DNA from: Pelagibacterales bacterium SAG-MED31
GTDB lineage: Bacteria; Pseudomonadota; Alphaproteobacteria; HIMB59; GCA-002718135
NCBI GenBank assembly: GCA_014653715.1
Contig: JACWEB010000002.1
Location: 4,717 to 68,716, forward strand
Direction: 5' to 3'
Length of the DNA: 64,000 bases
Translations under genes and position numbers: made by a program
The notes under the pieces: model-generated
Told to the model about the DNA's origin: nothing
Seen by the model: only the letters and a program-made list of their open reading frames with translations
The model's database searches: none
Part shown: one piece after another, positions 19,694 through 30,024 of the stretch
Layout of the letters: each line of letters opens with the position of its first letter
How positions within the stretch are numbered: the first letter of the stretch is position 1

Positions 19694-20485
19694 TTAGTAA
19701 GAGTGTTTTTTTGATGGATAAGTTTTGTTTTTCACTTCTCTAATAAAAGTATTGACTGCTCTAGTTATATTTTTTTCTATATTTGTATAACTTTTTATAA
19801 ATTTTGGTTTTTTTGAAATTGAATTTAGATTTAAAATATCATCGATTACCAAAACTTGTCCATCACAATATTTAGAAGAACCTATTCCGATTGTTGGAAT
19901 TGATAAATTAGAAGTAATTTTTCTAGATACATCTGTATTTATACACTCAAGAACTATCATTTTAGAGCCCGCATTTTCGAGTTCTTTTGCCAGGATTATT
20001 AAATTATTTTCATCTTTAATCTTTTTTCCAACACTTTTGATTTTACTAAAATCTGAAAATTTTTGAGGTGTTATTCCAATATGAGATATAACTTTAACCC
20101 TATTTTTTGTTAAATGTTTAACTACATTAACATTTTTCTTGTCCGTTTCAATTTTGATAAAATCAGCTTTTGTAAAAGCTAGAATTTCTCTTGCATTTTT
20201 TAATGCTTCGTTTTTATTGCGATAAGTTTTGTAAGGCATATCAACAATTGTCATAGAAAATTTACTATTCATCACAACAGCTTTTCCATGATTTTTCATC
20301 ATTTCAACTGTAACACCTCTAGTGTTATCCATTCCATATATAGTTGTTCCTAGAGAGTCTCCTATTAATATTAAGTCAACCTTTCCGTCTAATATTTTTG
20401 CTATCGGTTTTGAGTAGGCTGTTAAGCAAGTAATAGGTTCTTTATTTTTCTTCATTAATAGTTTTTTATAATTAATTTTTAACAT
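19694..20485 (-). CDS. panB: 3-methyl-2-oxobutanoate hydroxymethyltransferase
   Basis: LTAY, IGDSLG, VDMPY, HIGITPQ, IGIG and DGQVLV motifs. Confidence 0.95.
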   Translation of the reverse strand: MLKINYKKLLMKKNKEPITCLTAYSKPIAKILDGKVDLILIGDSLGTTIYGMDNTRGVTVEMMKNHGKAVVMNSKFSMTIVDMPYKTYRNKNEALKNAREILAFTKADFIKIETDKKNVNVVKHLTKNRVKVISHIGITPQKFSDFSKIKSVGKKIKDENNLIILAKELENAGSKMIVLECINTDVSRKITSNLSIPTIGIGSSKYCDGQVLVIDDILNLNSISKKPKFIKSYTNIEKNITRAVNTFIREVKNKTYPSKKHSY

Positions 20486-20496
20486 TTTTAATAATT

Positions 20497-21195
20497 CTAG
20501 ACAGAACGAGTTATTCCGCCATCCACTCGAATATTTTGGCCAGTTATGTAAGCCCCCCCATCTGAAGCTAACATTTCGATGACAGCTGAAATTTCGCTAA
20601 CTTTTCCATAACGTTTTAAAGGTATTCGATTTAAAAATTCATCTTTAAGTGGTAAGCTATCAATAAAGCCAGGAAGTATATTGTTCATCCTTATATTATC
20701 TTTTGCATATTTATCAGAATAAATTTTTGTAAATGCTGCTAAGCCAGATCTAAATATGCTTGATGTAGGAAAACTTGATTCTGGTTCAAATATAGCAAAA
20801 GTGGAAATATTTATTATAGATCCATTATTTTGGTTTTGCATAATTGGTGTTATTATTCTTAAAGCTCTTACTACATTTAAAAAATAAATTTCCATTCCTT
20901 TGATCCACTCTTCATCACTTATTTCTAAAATTTCTCCTTTAGGGCCATGCCCTGCACTGTTAATTAAAACATCAATTTTTCCATATTTAAACAAAACTTT
21001 TTCAAAAAAATCTTTAATATTGTTAATTTCTAAGTTTGAGCCAGTGTAACCTAATCCACCCAAATCTTTTGCTAACTTTTCTCCTTTTCCAGATGAGGAC
21101 ATAATTGCTATATCGTAACCCTTAGATGAAAGATGTTTAGCTGCATCTGCGCCCATTCCAGTGCCAGAGGCAATAAATACTGCTGTTTTTTTCAT
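20497..21195 (-). CDS. SDR family oxidoreductase (atypical, SxxxR in place of YxxxK)
   Basis: ASGTGMG, INSAG, NNILPG and YITGQNIRVDGG motifs. Confidence 0.9.
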   Translation of the reverse strand: MKKTAVFIASGTGMGADAAKHLSSKGYDIAIMSSSGKGEKLAKDLGGLGYTGSNLEINNIKDFFEKVLFKYGKIDVLINSAGHGPKGEILEISDEEWIKGMEIYFLNVVRALRIITPIMQNQNNGSIINISTFAIFEPESSFPTSSIFRSGLAAFTKIYSDKYAKDNIRMNNILPGFIDSLPLKDEFLNRIPLKRYGKVSEISAVIEMLASDGGAYITGQNIRVDGGITRSV

Positions 21196-21252
21196 TAACA
21201 AATCATATCATATTAAATATTAAATTATCTACTAATAAAATATAATAAAATT

Positions 21253-22503
21253 TTAAGCAGAAATTAATTTTCTTTCTGATAATGGTGTTTCCTTTACAGG
21301 TAAATGAATTAGTGCAGAAAAAGCACCTACCCCAATACCTACCCACCATACTATGTCATAACTCCCATACATATCGTAAAACAATCCACCTAACCATACG
21401 CCAACAAAAGAGCCAATTTGATGAGATAAAAAAACTATTCCATATAAAGTACCCATAAATTTTAATCCATAAATATAACCAATTATTCCTGAAGTTAGAG
21501 GAACAGTAGCAAGCCACAATGAACCCATCACAATTGAAAATACTACAACAGACACGGGTGTGATTGGTAACATTATAAATGCAATTGCTGCAATTGTTCT
21601 GCCTGTATATATTATCGATAGTAAATATTTTTTTGTAAAATGTTTACCCATTGCGCCTGCGGCAATTGAACCAATGATATTAAAAAGTCCTATTAAGGCA
21701 ATTGATAATGCCCCTAAAGAGGCAACAGAATTACAAACAATACTTATTAAACTTCCTTGAATAATTGGACTACTTGCCTCAGCAATAAAGGCAGGAAAAT
21801 GTGCTGTGATAAAAGCTAACTGAAAACCACAAGAAAAAAATCCTAAAAAAAGCATACTGTAAGTTGGATCCTTAAATGCATCTTTTAGAGCATCACTTAG
21901 ATTTACTTCTACTTCTTTTTTTGAAATATTTGGTTTAGATTTTAAAAGAGGAACAAATACTATTGTTAAAATACTAATTATTGAAAAAACAATGAAAACT
22001 GAAGACCACGGCATTATTTCAAGAAGTTCAGCAGCAAATGGTGGCCCAACTACTTGTCCTGCAGATCCTGCTGCTGTTGTAATACCTAAAGCTAAAGATC
22101 TTTTATCTGGGGAAGCAGTTCTTCCAACCACTGCTAGTATTGGACCAAAACCACTTCCAGCAATTCCAAAACCAATTAGTATATTAAGAAACTGATGTGC
22201 TTCAGGAGACACTGCTGAACTACTAATAAAAACACCGATTGAATATAAAACTAATCCTAAAGTAATTGCTTTTCTATCTCCAAATTTTTCTGCAAAAGCA
22301 CTAAAAATAGGAGTGCCTATTCCCCAGGCTAAATTTTGAATCGCTATTGCCATTGAAAACTCTGACCTAGCCCACATAAACTCTTCGGCTATTGGTATTT
22401 GAAAAAGGCCAAAAGTTGAGCGTATAGCAAAACTAATTAATAAAATTAAACTCCCACCAATAAGTACAGGTGTGAAAATATTTACATTATTTTTTTGGTC
22501 CAT
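21253..22503 (-). CDS. MFS transporter
   Basis: About 12 TM helices, AFAEKFGDR motif-A-like loop, GFFSCGFQ, HQIGSF. Confidence 0.9.
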   Translation of the reverse strand: MDQKNNVNIFTPVLIGGSLILLISFAIRSTFGLFQIPIAEEFMWARSEFSMAIAIQNLAWGIGTPIFSAFAEKFGDRKAITLGLVLYSIGVFISSSAVSPEAHQFLNILIGFGIAGSGFGPILAVVGRTASPDKRSLALGITTAAGSAGQVVGPPFAAELLEIMPWSSVFIVFSIISILTIVFVPLLKSKPNISKKEVEVNLSDALKDAFKDPTYSMLFLGFFSCGFQLAFITAHFPAFIAEASSPIIQGSLISIVCNSVASLGALSIALIGLFNIIGSIAAGAMGKHFTKKYLLSIIYTGRTIAAIAFIMLPITPVSVVVFSIVMGSLWLATVPLTSGIIGYIYGLKFMGTLYGIVFLSHQIGSFVGVWLGGLFYDMYGSYDIVWWVGIGVGAFSALIHLPVKETPLSERKLISA

Positions 22504-22554
22504 AAAATTAATTTAATGAACGTAACAGTTTAAAAAAAACTAATCTATTAAAAA

Positions 22555-23028
22555 TTAAATTCTTTGAATGATTTGTTGTTTTTCTGAATCTTCCTTTTCA
22601 GGAATTACATATGCTACAGCACAATGATTTATGCAATATGGTTTATCTTCAAATCTTTCCTTGCCACAAAATTTGAAATCAGACTCATCAGGGTGACCTT
22701 CAGGCCATTCACATCCTCTTTTGATATTTTTAGAAAACAAATTTTGAACAACAGGTTTAAATGTTTGGTGCTGAAGTGGTTTTTCTTTAACTTCATCTTT
22801 TGCAACTTCGAAATTTAATTTAGGAATAATTGGTGATCTTGCTTTTTTTCTATCTGGCTTAACAGCAGTTCGTCTTATTGGAGAAGGCCGTCTCTCAAGA
22901 CCTATTCTGTGAGCTTTACCAACAACAGCATTTTTTGTAAAACCGAGTAGCTTGCCAATTTGAGCAGTTGGAAGACCTTGATCCCATAACTCTCTTAATT
23001 TAGATACATTACTATCATCCCAGGGCAT
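22555..23028 (-). CDS. gcrA: Cell-cycle regulator GcrA
   Basis: W....V..LRELW.QG, TKNAVVGKAHRIGL and C-terminal CEWP.G...FCG...YC..H. Confidence 0.92.
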   Translation of the reverse strand: MPWDDSNVSKLRELWDQGLPTAQIGKLLGFTKNAVVGKAHRIGLERRPSPIRRTAVKPDRKKARSPIIPKLNFEVAKDEVKEKPLQHQTFKPVVQNLFSKNIKRGCEWPEGHPDESDFKFCGKERFEDKPYCINHCAVAYVIPEKEDSEKQQIIQRI

Positions 23029-23171
23029 AACTTATCCTTTTGTTTTATCTACATATAGTAGTGTTTGGTAATACTATTATACTAAATGTATAACTGCTCA
23101 AAGAATAAACTGGGATTTTTTATAAAAAACCAATGAATAACATGTATTTTTAATATAATTTATTATTAATA

Positions 23172-24368
23172 ATGAAAAATCTTAGTAATTATAAAATAAA
23201 TCATAAAAAAGTATTATTTAGAGCTGATTTGAATGTTCCTGTTGTTGATGGAAAAATAACTGATTTATCAAGAATTTTGGTAATCAAATCATCAATTGAA
23301 AAATTAATAGAAAACAAAAATAAGATTTTTATTATAGCTCATTTTGGTAGACCTAAAGGCGAAGTTACAAAAAAGTATTCTTTAAAATTTATTTTATCGT
23401 CTCTTGCTGATATTCTAAAAGTTCAGAAGGTTCATTTTTTAGAAAATCTAAATAAAGAAAATATTAGTAATAAAATTGATGAAATGGAACAAGGTGAAAT
23501 TTGTTTAGTTGAAAATATTAGATTTGAAAAAAGTGAAGAAAAAATAGATTTAGTTTTTGCAAAAAATATAAGTCGACTCTTTGATGTTTATGTAAATGAT
23601 GCTTTCTCAGCTTCTCACAGAAATCATACATCTATTATAGGTTTTGCAAAGTATATCCCAGCTGTTGCAGGAAATCATTTGATCAATGAAATACACAATA
23701 TTAACACTTTTTTGGAAAAATCAAAAAAACCAAATTTAGCAATTGTTGGTGGCTCAAAAATATCTACAAAAATTAATTTATTAAATAATTTAATACAGCA
23801 GTTTAGTTGTATTGTGATTGGTGGAGCCATGGCAAATACATTTTTGTTATCAAATAATATAAAAGTAAGAAAGTCACTAGTTGAAAAAGATTTAGTTAAT
23901 CAAGCAAAAAATATTCAAAAAAAAGCTATTCAGTTAAATTGTAGATTAATACTTCCAAAGGATGTTATTTGTGGCAAAAATATAGAAGATAAAAATCCTA
24001 GTGAGTTTAATATTAATGAAATTCCATCAAGTTATATGATTTTAGATATAGGAAGTAAAACAACTGCATTAATCAATAAAGAAGTAAACAATTCAAAAAC
24101 GGTTTTGTGGAATGGTCCTTTAGGGGCATTTGAGTATAAGCCGTATGATAAAGCAACAAATAAAATTGCACTTAACATTAGAAAAAATGCAAAAAAATTA
24201 AGTATTAATACTCTTGCTGGAGGAGGGGATACTATTTCTTCAATTAAGAATGCAAATGCCGAAGATGGTTTTGATTATATATCTAATGCTGGAGGTGCTT
24301 TTTTAGAATGGTTAGAAGGTAATCAATCACCAGGGGTTATTGCGATAGAAAAAAATAATTTAAGTTAA
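23172..24368 (+). CDS. pgk: Phosphoglycerate kinase
   Basis: RADLNVP, HFGRP, ENIRF, VNDAF, WNGPLG, GGGDT and GGAFLEWLEG motifs. Confidence 0.97.
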   Translation: MKNLSNYKINHKKVLFRADLNVPVVDGKITDLSRILVIKSSIEKLIENKNKIFIIAHFGRPKGEVTKKYSLKFILSSLADILKVQKVHFLENLNKENISNKIDEMEQGEICLVENIRFEKSEEKIDLVFAKNISRLFDVYVNDAFSASHRNHTSIIGFAKYIPAVAGNHLINEIHNINTFLEKSKKPNLAIVGGSKISTKINLLNNLIQQFSCIVIGGAMANTFLLSNNIKVRKSLVEKDLVNQAKNIQKKAIQLNCRLILPKDVICGKNIEDKNPSEFNINEIPSSYMILDIGSKTTALINKEVNNSKTVLWNGPLGAFEYKPYDKATNKIALNIRKNAKKLSINTLAGGGDTISSIKNANAEDGFDYISNAGGAFLEWLEGNQSPGVIAIEKNNLS

Positions 24369-24904
24369 TCATCAACTTGATATTTTTTTATTAATGGAAA
24401 TTGAGTCATGGTAAAAATAAAAGTTATGGGCAAAATTCCAAAAACTTTAAAATTTACCCATATATCTGTTGATTGTGTTCTCCAAACAATTTCATTTAAG
24501 ATTGCAAGTGCAATAAAAAAACCTATCCAACGGTAAGTTAGTATTCTCCATCCTTCTTCCTCAAGCTTTAAAGCTGCACCAAGTAATATTTTAAGTAAGG
24601 GTTTTCTTATAAGCATACCGCCATAAAGAATTGCTGCAAAAAGAAAATTAATAATGGTAGGTTTCATTTTAAAAAAAACTTCATTATCAAAGTAAATTGT
24701 TAGTCCTCCAAAAATTAAAACAATTCCTGCACCAACGGTTGGCATAATAGGTATTTTTTTTTCTAAGATGTATGAAAATATTACTGCAATAACAGTTGCG
24801 ATCATAAAAGGCAGAATTGATGCCTGTAAACCACTTTTACTATAAAATATAAAAAATACAGCTAATGGCCCTATATCTATTAAAAGTTTATAGATTGATT
24901 TCAT
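24365..24904 (-). CDS. yciB: Inner-membrane septation protein A (YciB/IspZ)
   Basis: FGGLT, FFKMKPTI, LNEIVWR and WVNFKVFG motifs. Confidence 0.93.
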   Translation of the reverse strand: MKSIYKLLIDIGPLAVFFIFYSKSGLQASILPFMIATVIAVIFSYILEKKIPIMPTVGAGIVLIFGGLTIYFDNEVFFKMKPTIINFLFAAILYGGMLIRKPLLKILLGAALKLEEEGWRILTYRWIGFFIALAILNEIVWRTQSTDIWVNFKVFGILPITFIFTMTQFPLIKKYQVDD

Positions 24905-24905
24905 A

Positions 24906-25820
24906 TTATGCTTCCAAATTTAATATAGATCTAGCAAAGTTTTTAGCACTAAAGTCCGTTAAGTCTTCAGGCTTTTCTCCAAGACCGATATAACTTATAG
25001 GTATTTCACAATTATTTGCAATTGAAATTAAGGCACCACCTTTGGCAGTACCATCAAGTTTTGTAATAATTATACTTGAAACATCTAATTCTTTACCAAA
25101 TATATCAACTTGCTTAATCATATTGGATCCATTAGCACCATCTAACACTAGAATCGTCTCAATTTTTATTTTAGGATTTATTTTTGAGACAACATTTTTT
25201 AACTTAACTAATTGATTTACCAAATTTGTATTATTAGATAATCTTCCTGCTGTATCAATAATTAGATAATCATAATTTTCTTTATTAAATTTTTCTGTTG
25301 CTTGAAAAGCAACACTGGCAGGATCTTGATTAGCATTTCCAGAAAAAAAATCATTTTGATTTTTATGGGCCCAATCTTTTAATTGTTCAATTGCAGCTGC
25401 TCTAAATGTATCACAAGCTGCAATTAAAACTTTTTTTTCTTTAGGAATTTGTTTTGCTATTTTACCTATAGTTGTTGTTTTACCACTTCCATTAACGCCT
25501 ACAAAAATTAAAATTTTTTGATTATTATCGTTTTCATCTAATAAGCCCCCCTCTCTTGGCTGAAGTATATTTTCTATTTCTTTAGATAAAGTTTCTGACA
25601 CTATTTTGGTAATATCTTGATCTGATGTTTTAATTTTACGAACTGAATTTATTAATTTTTCTACTACATCTAAACTTATATCAGCAGAAATCAAAACAGA
25701 CTCTAATTCTTCTAAAGTCTCACTATCAACTTTTTTGTTTTGAAAAGAACTAAGTATATTTGATGATAAAAAATTAGATGTTTTTTGAAGATTGTTTTTA
25801 AATTTAGAGAATAGACTCAT
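24906..25820 (-). CDS. ftsY: SRP receptor FtsY
   Basis: GVNGSGKTTT, DTFRAAA, DTAGR and TKLDGTAKGG motifs. Confidence 0.97.
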   Translation of the reverse strand: MSLFSKFKNNLQKTSNFLSSNILSSFQNKKVDSETLEELESVLISADISLDVVEKLINSVRKIKTSDQDITKIVSETLSKEIENILQPREGGLLDENDNNQKILIFVGVNGSGKTTTIGKIAKQIPKEKKVLIAACDTFRAAAIEQLKDWAHKNQNDFFSGNANQDPASVAFQATEKFNKENYDYLIIDTAGRLSNNTNLVNQLVKLKNVVSKINPKIKIETILVLDGANGSNMIKQVDIFGKELDVSSIIITKLDGTAKGGALISIANNCEIPISYIGLGEKPEDLTDFSAKNFARSILNLEA

Positions 25821-27076
25821 ATTTTTTTGGCCATTAACATATTATTATTAACTCCTGTATAAACACATGTTACAATATCTCCTTCTTTAATTTTTTCATT
25901 TATAATAACGTTAAAGAAATTTTGATCCTTACCTATAGAATTTTCATTTTGGATTTTTTCAATTAAAATTGAATCTTTTTTACCAACTTTTTTTGATATA
26001 CGTTGTTTTAGTTTTTCCATTCCCATCTTACGCAAAGTATTTGCTCTTTCTTTAATTATAGACTTATCAATTTGTGGCATACGTGCAGCAGGAGTGTTTG
26101 TGCGAGGAGAATAAGGAAAGACATGAAGGTGTGTTAAATGACACTGATCTACTAAATCTAGAGTATCTCTAAACATTTCATCACTTTCTGTCGGAAAGCC
26201 TGCAATAAAATCTGCGCCAAAAGTTGCTTCCTTTCTTTTAGATAAAACTTTATTACAAAAATCGATTGCCATTTCTCTTGAGTGACGTCTTTTCATTCTT
26301 TTTAAAATCAAATTATTGCCTGCTTGCAAACTTATATGAAAGTGTGGCATTAATTTTTTTTCAGGTAATAAATCCCAAAATTCCATATCAATTTCTGCGC
26401 AATCAATTGAAGATAATCTTAGTTGTTCTAAATCAGGAACAAGTTTTATTATCCTTTTGATTAAATTTGAAAATGTTGGTTTTGCAGGTAAATCTTTACC
26501 ATAATCAGTTATGTCAACTCCCGTCAAAACAACTTCTTTATAACCGTTATTAACAATTTTTTTTATTCTCTCAACTATTTCTCCAGCTGGCACACTTCGG
26601 TTGTTTCCTCTACCATAAGGTATGATGCAAAACGTACAACGATGATCACAGCCTTGCTGAATTTCAATATATGCTCTTGATTTACCTTCAAATTTTTCAA
26701 TTGTAGAAGGAACTGTTTTTTTTTCTAACAAAATATCGTCAACTTGTATTGACTCTGAAAAATTTAAATTACTCCACACATCAGAAAGTAATTTTTCTTT
26801 GTTTCCTAAAACTAAATCAACCTCTTTTAGACTATGATATTTTTTAGGGTTTATTTGAGCTGCACAACCTGTAACAATAATTTTATTTTCAGGATTAATT
26901 CTTTTTGCTTTTCGTATTTCATATGCAACTTTTTTTTCTGCCTCAGCAGTAACTGCGCATGAATTTATAACTGTAACATTTTTTAAATTATTATTATTAA
27001 GATAATTTTTAATAATTTCACCCTCATAAATATTTAGTCGACAACCAAGATTAATAAGAGAATTTTTTTTATCCAT
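25817..27076 (-). CDS. mtaB: tRNA ms2t6A37 methylthiotransferase
   Basis: GCRLN, NSCAVT, radical-SAM CDHRCTFC, HVFPYS; dapF-mtaB-ftsY gene order. Confidence 0.93.
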   Translation of the reverse strand: MDKKNSLINLGCRLNIYEGEIIKNYLNNNNLKNVTVINSCAVTAEAEKKVAYEIRKAKRINPENKIIVTGCAAQINPKKYHSLKEVDLVLGNKEKLLSDVWSNLNFSESIQVDDILLEKKTVPSTIEKFEGKSRAYIEIQQGCDHRCTFCIIPYGRGNNRSVPAGEIVERIKKIVNNGYKEVVLTGVDITDYGKDLPAKPTFSNLIKRIIKLVPDLEQLRLSSIDCAEIDMEFWDLLPEKKLMPHFHISLQAGNNLILKRMKRRHSREMAIDFCNKVLSKRKEATFGADFIAGFPTESDEMFRDTLDLVDQCHLTHLHVFPYSPRTNTPAARMPQIDKSIIKERANTLRKMGMEKLKQRISKKVGKKDSILIEKIQNENSIGKDQNFFNVIINEKIKEGDIVTCVYTGVNNNMLMAKKI

Positions 27077-27078
27077 TA

Positions 27079-27897
27079 TTAAATTTGAATATTTCCATGA
27101 TAGCTAATTTCGGCAGGACCAGTCATGATAGCTTCTTCATTAATTATATTTATATGCAAGGATCCTTTTTCAAGTTGTACTTCAGCACTGCTTTCTATCA
27201 ATTGTTTTTTCCATCCTGCATAAACGGCTGCACAAGCACCACTTCCACAGGCAAGTGTCGCACCTGCTCCTCTCTCCCACACTTTCATTTTAATTGTATT
27301 TGAATCTAATATTTCGATAAACTCAACATTAGTTTTACTTGGAAAAAAATTATGTTTTTCAATTTTTGGTCCTACTTGATTCAAATTTATATTTTCAATT
27401 GATTTACCAAAAAAAACAACATGAGGATTACCAATATTTACGGCAATTCCATTATCAAAACCTTCAATTTTAATTGGAATATTTAATGGGTCCATTTCTT
27501 CACTTAGGGGTATTTTTTCCCAATTTGTAGTCAATTTTCCCATATTTATACTTATCTCATCACCAACTTTTTTTGCTATTAGAGTGCCCGCATCTGATAG
27601 AATTTTTAGAGTTTCTTTTTCATTATTTTCATTAAATATAATTTTTGCAACACATCTAGTTCCATTTCCACATGCCTCCGCTTTATCTCCAGCAGGATTA
27701 AAAATATCAATACTAACATCTACATTACTACTTTCTGGATTATTAATAGTAATGAGTTGGTCACACCCAGCACCTGTTCTACGATCACTTAATTTTTGAA
27801 TTAAATTATCATTTATTTCAATTTTATTTGATCTCCTGTCAATGATCACAAAATCATTCCCTAATCCATGCATTTTGGTAAATTCTATTTTTTGCAT
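27079..27897 (-). CDS. dapF: Diaminopimelate epimerase
   Basis: KMHGLGNDF, CGNGTRC, GNPH and ERGAGATLACGSG motifs. Start set at ATG 27897. Confidence 0.97.
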   Translation of the reverse strand: MQKIEFTKMHGLGNDFVIIDRRSNKIEINDNLIQKLSDRRTGAGCDQLITINNPESSNVDVSIDIFNPAGDKAEACGNGTRCVAKIIFNENNEKETLKILSDAGTLIAKKVGDEISINMGKLTTNWEKIPLSEEMDPLNIPIKIEGFDNGIAVNIGNPHVVFFGKSIENINLNQVGPKIEKHNFFPSKTNVEFIEILDSNTIKMKVWERGAGATLACGSGACAAVYAGWKKQLIESSAEVQLEKGSLHINIINEEAIMTGPAEISYHGNIQI

Positions 27898-28033
27898 AAA
27901 GTCTCTATACCTCAATTTACCCACAAATCCTGGAAAATTTTTAAATTTTAAGAAAACTTGACTTTATTAGTTGTAATAAATAGAGGGGTTCTTACAAATC
28001 CTAAATTGTAAAGTAAATAGCTTGTTGCAATTG

Positions 28034-28092
28034 TGATAGGTACATCAGCCCACGAGTTTCGTGCCCTGGTGTTAAACTGCTATTGGAGAAAA
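28034..28092 (+). promoter_or_regulatory. ffh leader RNA motif (cis-regulatory hairpin)
   Basis: ACATCAG/CTGGTGT and CACGA/TCGTG stems with a C-rich internal loop, directly before the GGAG SD and ATG 28093. An ffh 5' motif is described in alphaproteobacteria. Confidence 0.7.
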
Positions 28093-29457
28093 ATGTTTGA
28101 AACATTAAATGATAAATTTGAAAAAATTGTTCGTGGAATACGTGGCAAAGCAGTTATTTCTGAGTCAGATTTAGACTCTACACTTCGAGAGATACGTATT
28201 GCTCTTTTAGAAGCTGATGTTGCTTTAGTTGTTGTGAAGGATTTTATTAACTCAGTTAAAGAAAATATTTTAGGTAAAGAAGTTTTAAAGTCGATCAAGC
28301 CTGATCAGATGATTATCAAGCTTGTTCAAGATGAGTTGGTAAATATTCTTGGTTCCGAAAACCAACCACTTAATATTGTCACATCGCAGATGACAAAAAT
28401 TTTATTTTGTGGACTGCAGGGATCTGGAAAAACAACGTCTGTTGCAAAACTTGCAAACCATTTAGTAAAATCTTCAAAGAAAAAAGTTTTATTATCTTCT
28501 GCTGATATTTATAGACCAGCAGCACAAGAGCAGCTTAAGATCTTAGCAGAACAAGTTCAAGTAGATTTTTTTAATCATAGTTTTAATTCTGCTAAACAAA
28601 TAGTTAGTGAAACTTTAGAATATGCTCAGAAAAATTTATTTGATGTTGTAATTCTTGATACGGCTGGAAGACAGGTAGTGGATGAAGATTTAATGAAAGA
28701 ATTAATTGAGATTGAAAAATCTTTTAAACCGCAAGAAACTTTACTTGTTGCAGATGCTCTAACAGGACAAGATGCTGCAAATATAGCAAAAAGTTTTAGT
28801 GAGGCTGTAAATATTACAGGTTCGATTCTCACACGAATTGATGGAGATGGCAGAGGTGGTGCCGCCTTGTCTATTAAATCAATAACTAACTCACCAGTAA
28901 AATTTATTGGAGTTGGAGAAAAAATAGAAAACTTTGAATCTTTCCACCCTGAGAGAATTGCTCAACGAATTTTAGGAATGGGAGATATTGTTAGTTTGGT
29001 TGAAAAAGCTGCTGAAAATATTGATCAAGATGAAATGGAAAATTTAGCAAAAAAAATGTCCAAAGGCAATTTTGATTTAGATGATTTTGCCAAACAATTA
29101 AAACAAATGGGAAAAATGGGAGGTGTATCAGGTATATTATCTATGCTTCCAGGAGTTTCAAAAGCTCAAAAGTTAATGGCTGAAAACAAAATATCTGACA
29201 GCTTAATTAATCATCAAATTGCTATTATTAATTCAATGACTAAAAATGAAAGAGCTGATCCTAATTTAATTAAGGCTTCAAGAAAAATTAGAATATCAAA
29301 AGGCTCTGGAACCAGAGTGCAGGATGTAAACAAGCTTTTAAAACAGTTTCTTCAATCACAAAAAATGATGAAGAGAATGAAATCAATGGGTAAGGGTGGA
29401 ATGCCTAATGATTTAATGCAAAAATTGCAAGGTAACTTCCCGCCCAAATTAAACTAA
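28093..29457 (+). CDS. ffh: Signal recognition particle protein
   Basis: ALLEADV, GLQGSGKTT, DTAGR, DGDGRGG and a Met-rich M domain. Real start is ATG 28093 (MFETL). Confidence 0.98.
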   Translation: MFETLNDKFEKIVRGIRGKAVISESDLDSTLREIRIALLEADVALVVVKDFINSVKENILGKEVLKSIKPDQMIIKLVQDELVNILGSENQPLNIVTSQMTKILFCGLQGSGKTTSVAKLANHLVKSSKKKVLLSSADIYRPAAQEQLKILAEQVQVDFFNHSFNSAKQIVSETLEYAQKNLFDVVILDTAGRQVVDEDLMKELIEIEKSFKPQETLLVADALTGQDAANIAKSFSEAVNITGSILTRIDGDGRGGAALSIKSITNSPVKFIGVGEKIENFESFHPERIAQRILGMGDIVSLVEKAAENIDQDEMENLAKKMSKGNFDLDDFAKQLKQMGKMGGVSGILSMLPGVSKAQKLMAENKISDSLINHQIAIINSMTKNERADPNLIKASRKIRISKGSGTRVQDVNKLLKQFLQSQKMMKRMKSMGKGGMPNDLMQKLQGNFPPKLN

Positions 29458-29475
29458 AATAAGAAAGGAAAAATT

Positions 29476-30021
29476 ATGCCAGTAAGAATAAGATTAGCAA
29501 GAGGTGGAGCAAAAAAAAGACCCTTCTACAGAATAGTCGTTGCAGACTCTAGACGCGCAAGAGATGGGAAATTTATTGATCAAGTAGGCACGTACAACCC
29601 AATGCTTCCGAAAGATAGTCCAGAGAGAGTAAAAATTGATGTTGAAAAAACAAAAGATTGGATAGCAAAAGGAGCTCAACCTTCTGAAAGAGTAACTTTA
29701 TTTTTGAGTAAGTTAGATGTTGTTGAAAAACCAGTTATTACTGAAAAAACTAAAAAACATTTACCAAAGAAAAAAGCTCAGGAAAGATTAGCTGCTGCTA
29801 AAGAAAAAGAAGAAAAAGCTAAGGCTGCTGCAGAAGCACCAGCAGAAGCACCAGCAGAAGCACCAGCACCAGCAGAAGCACCAGCACCAGCAGAAGCAGA
29901 AGCACCAGCACCAGCAGAAGCAGAGGCACCAGCACCAGCAGAAGCAGAGGCACCAGCACCAGCAGAAGCAGAGGCACCAGCACCAGCAGAAGCAGAAGTA
30001 GATGATAAAAAAACAGAGTAA
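29476..30021 (+). CDS. rpsP: 30S ribosomal protein S16 with acidic Ala/Pro/Glu tail
   Basis: [22 protein letters not shown] and GAQPS motifs. Confidence 0.97.
   Translation: MPVRIRLARGGAKKRPFYRIVVADSRRARDGKFIDQVGTYNPMLPKDSPERVKIDVEKTKDWIAKGAQPSERVTLFLSKLDVVEKPVITEKTKKHLPKKKAQERLAAAKEKEEKAKAAAEAPAEAPAEAPAPAEAPAPAEAEAPAPAEAEAPAPAEAEAPAPAEAEAPAPAEAEVDDKKTE
29830..29997 (+). repeat. Coding tandem repeat (12-, 18- and 24-bp units) in the rpsP tail
   Basis: GCAGAAGCACCA-based units encoding AEAP x2, AEAPAP x2, AEAEAPAP x4. Confidence 0.9.
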
Positions 30022-30024
30022 AGA

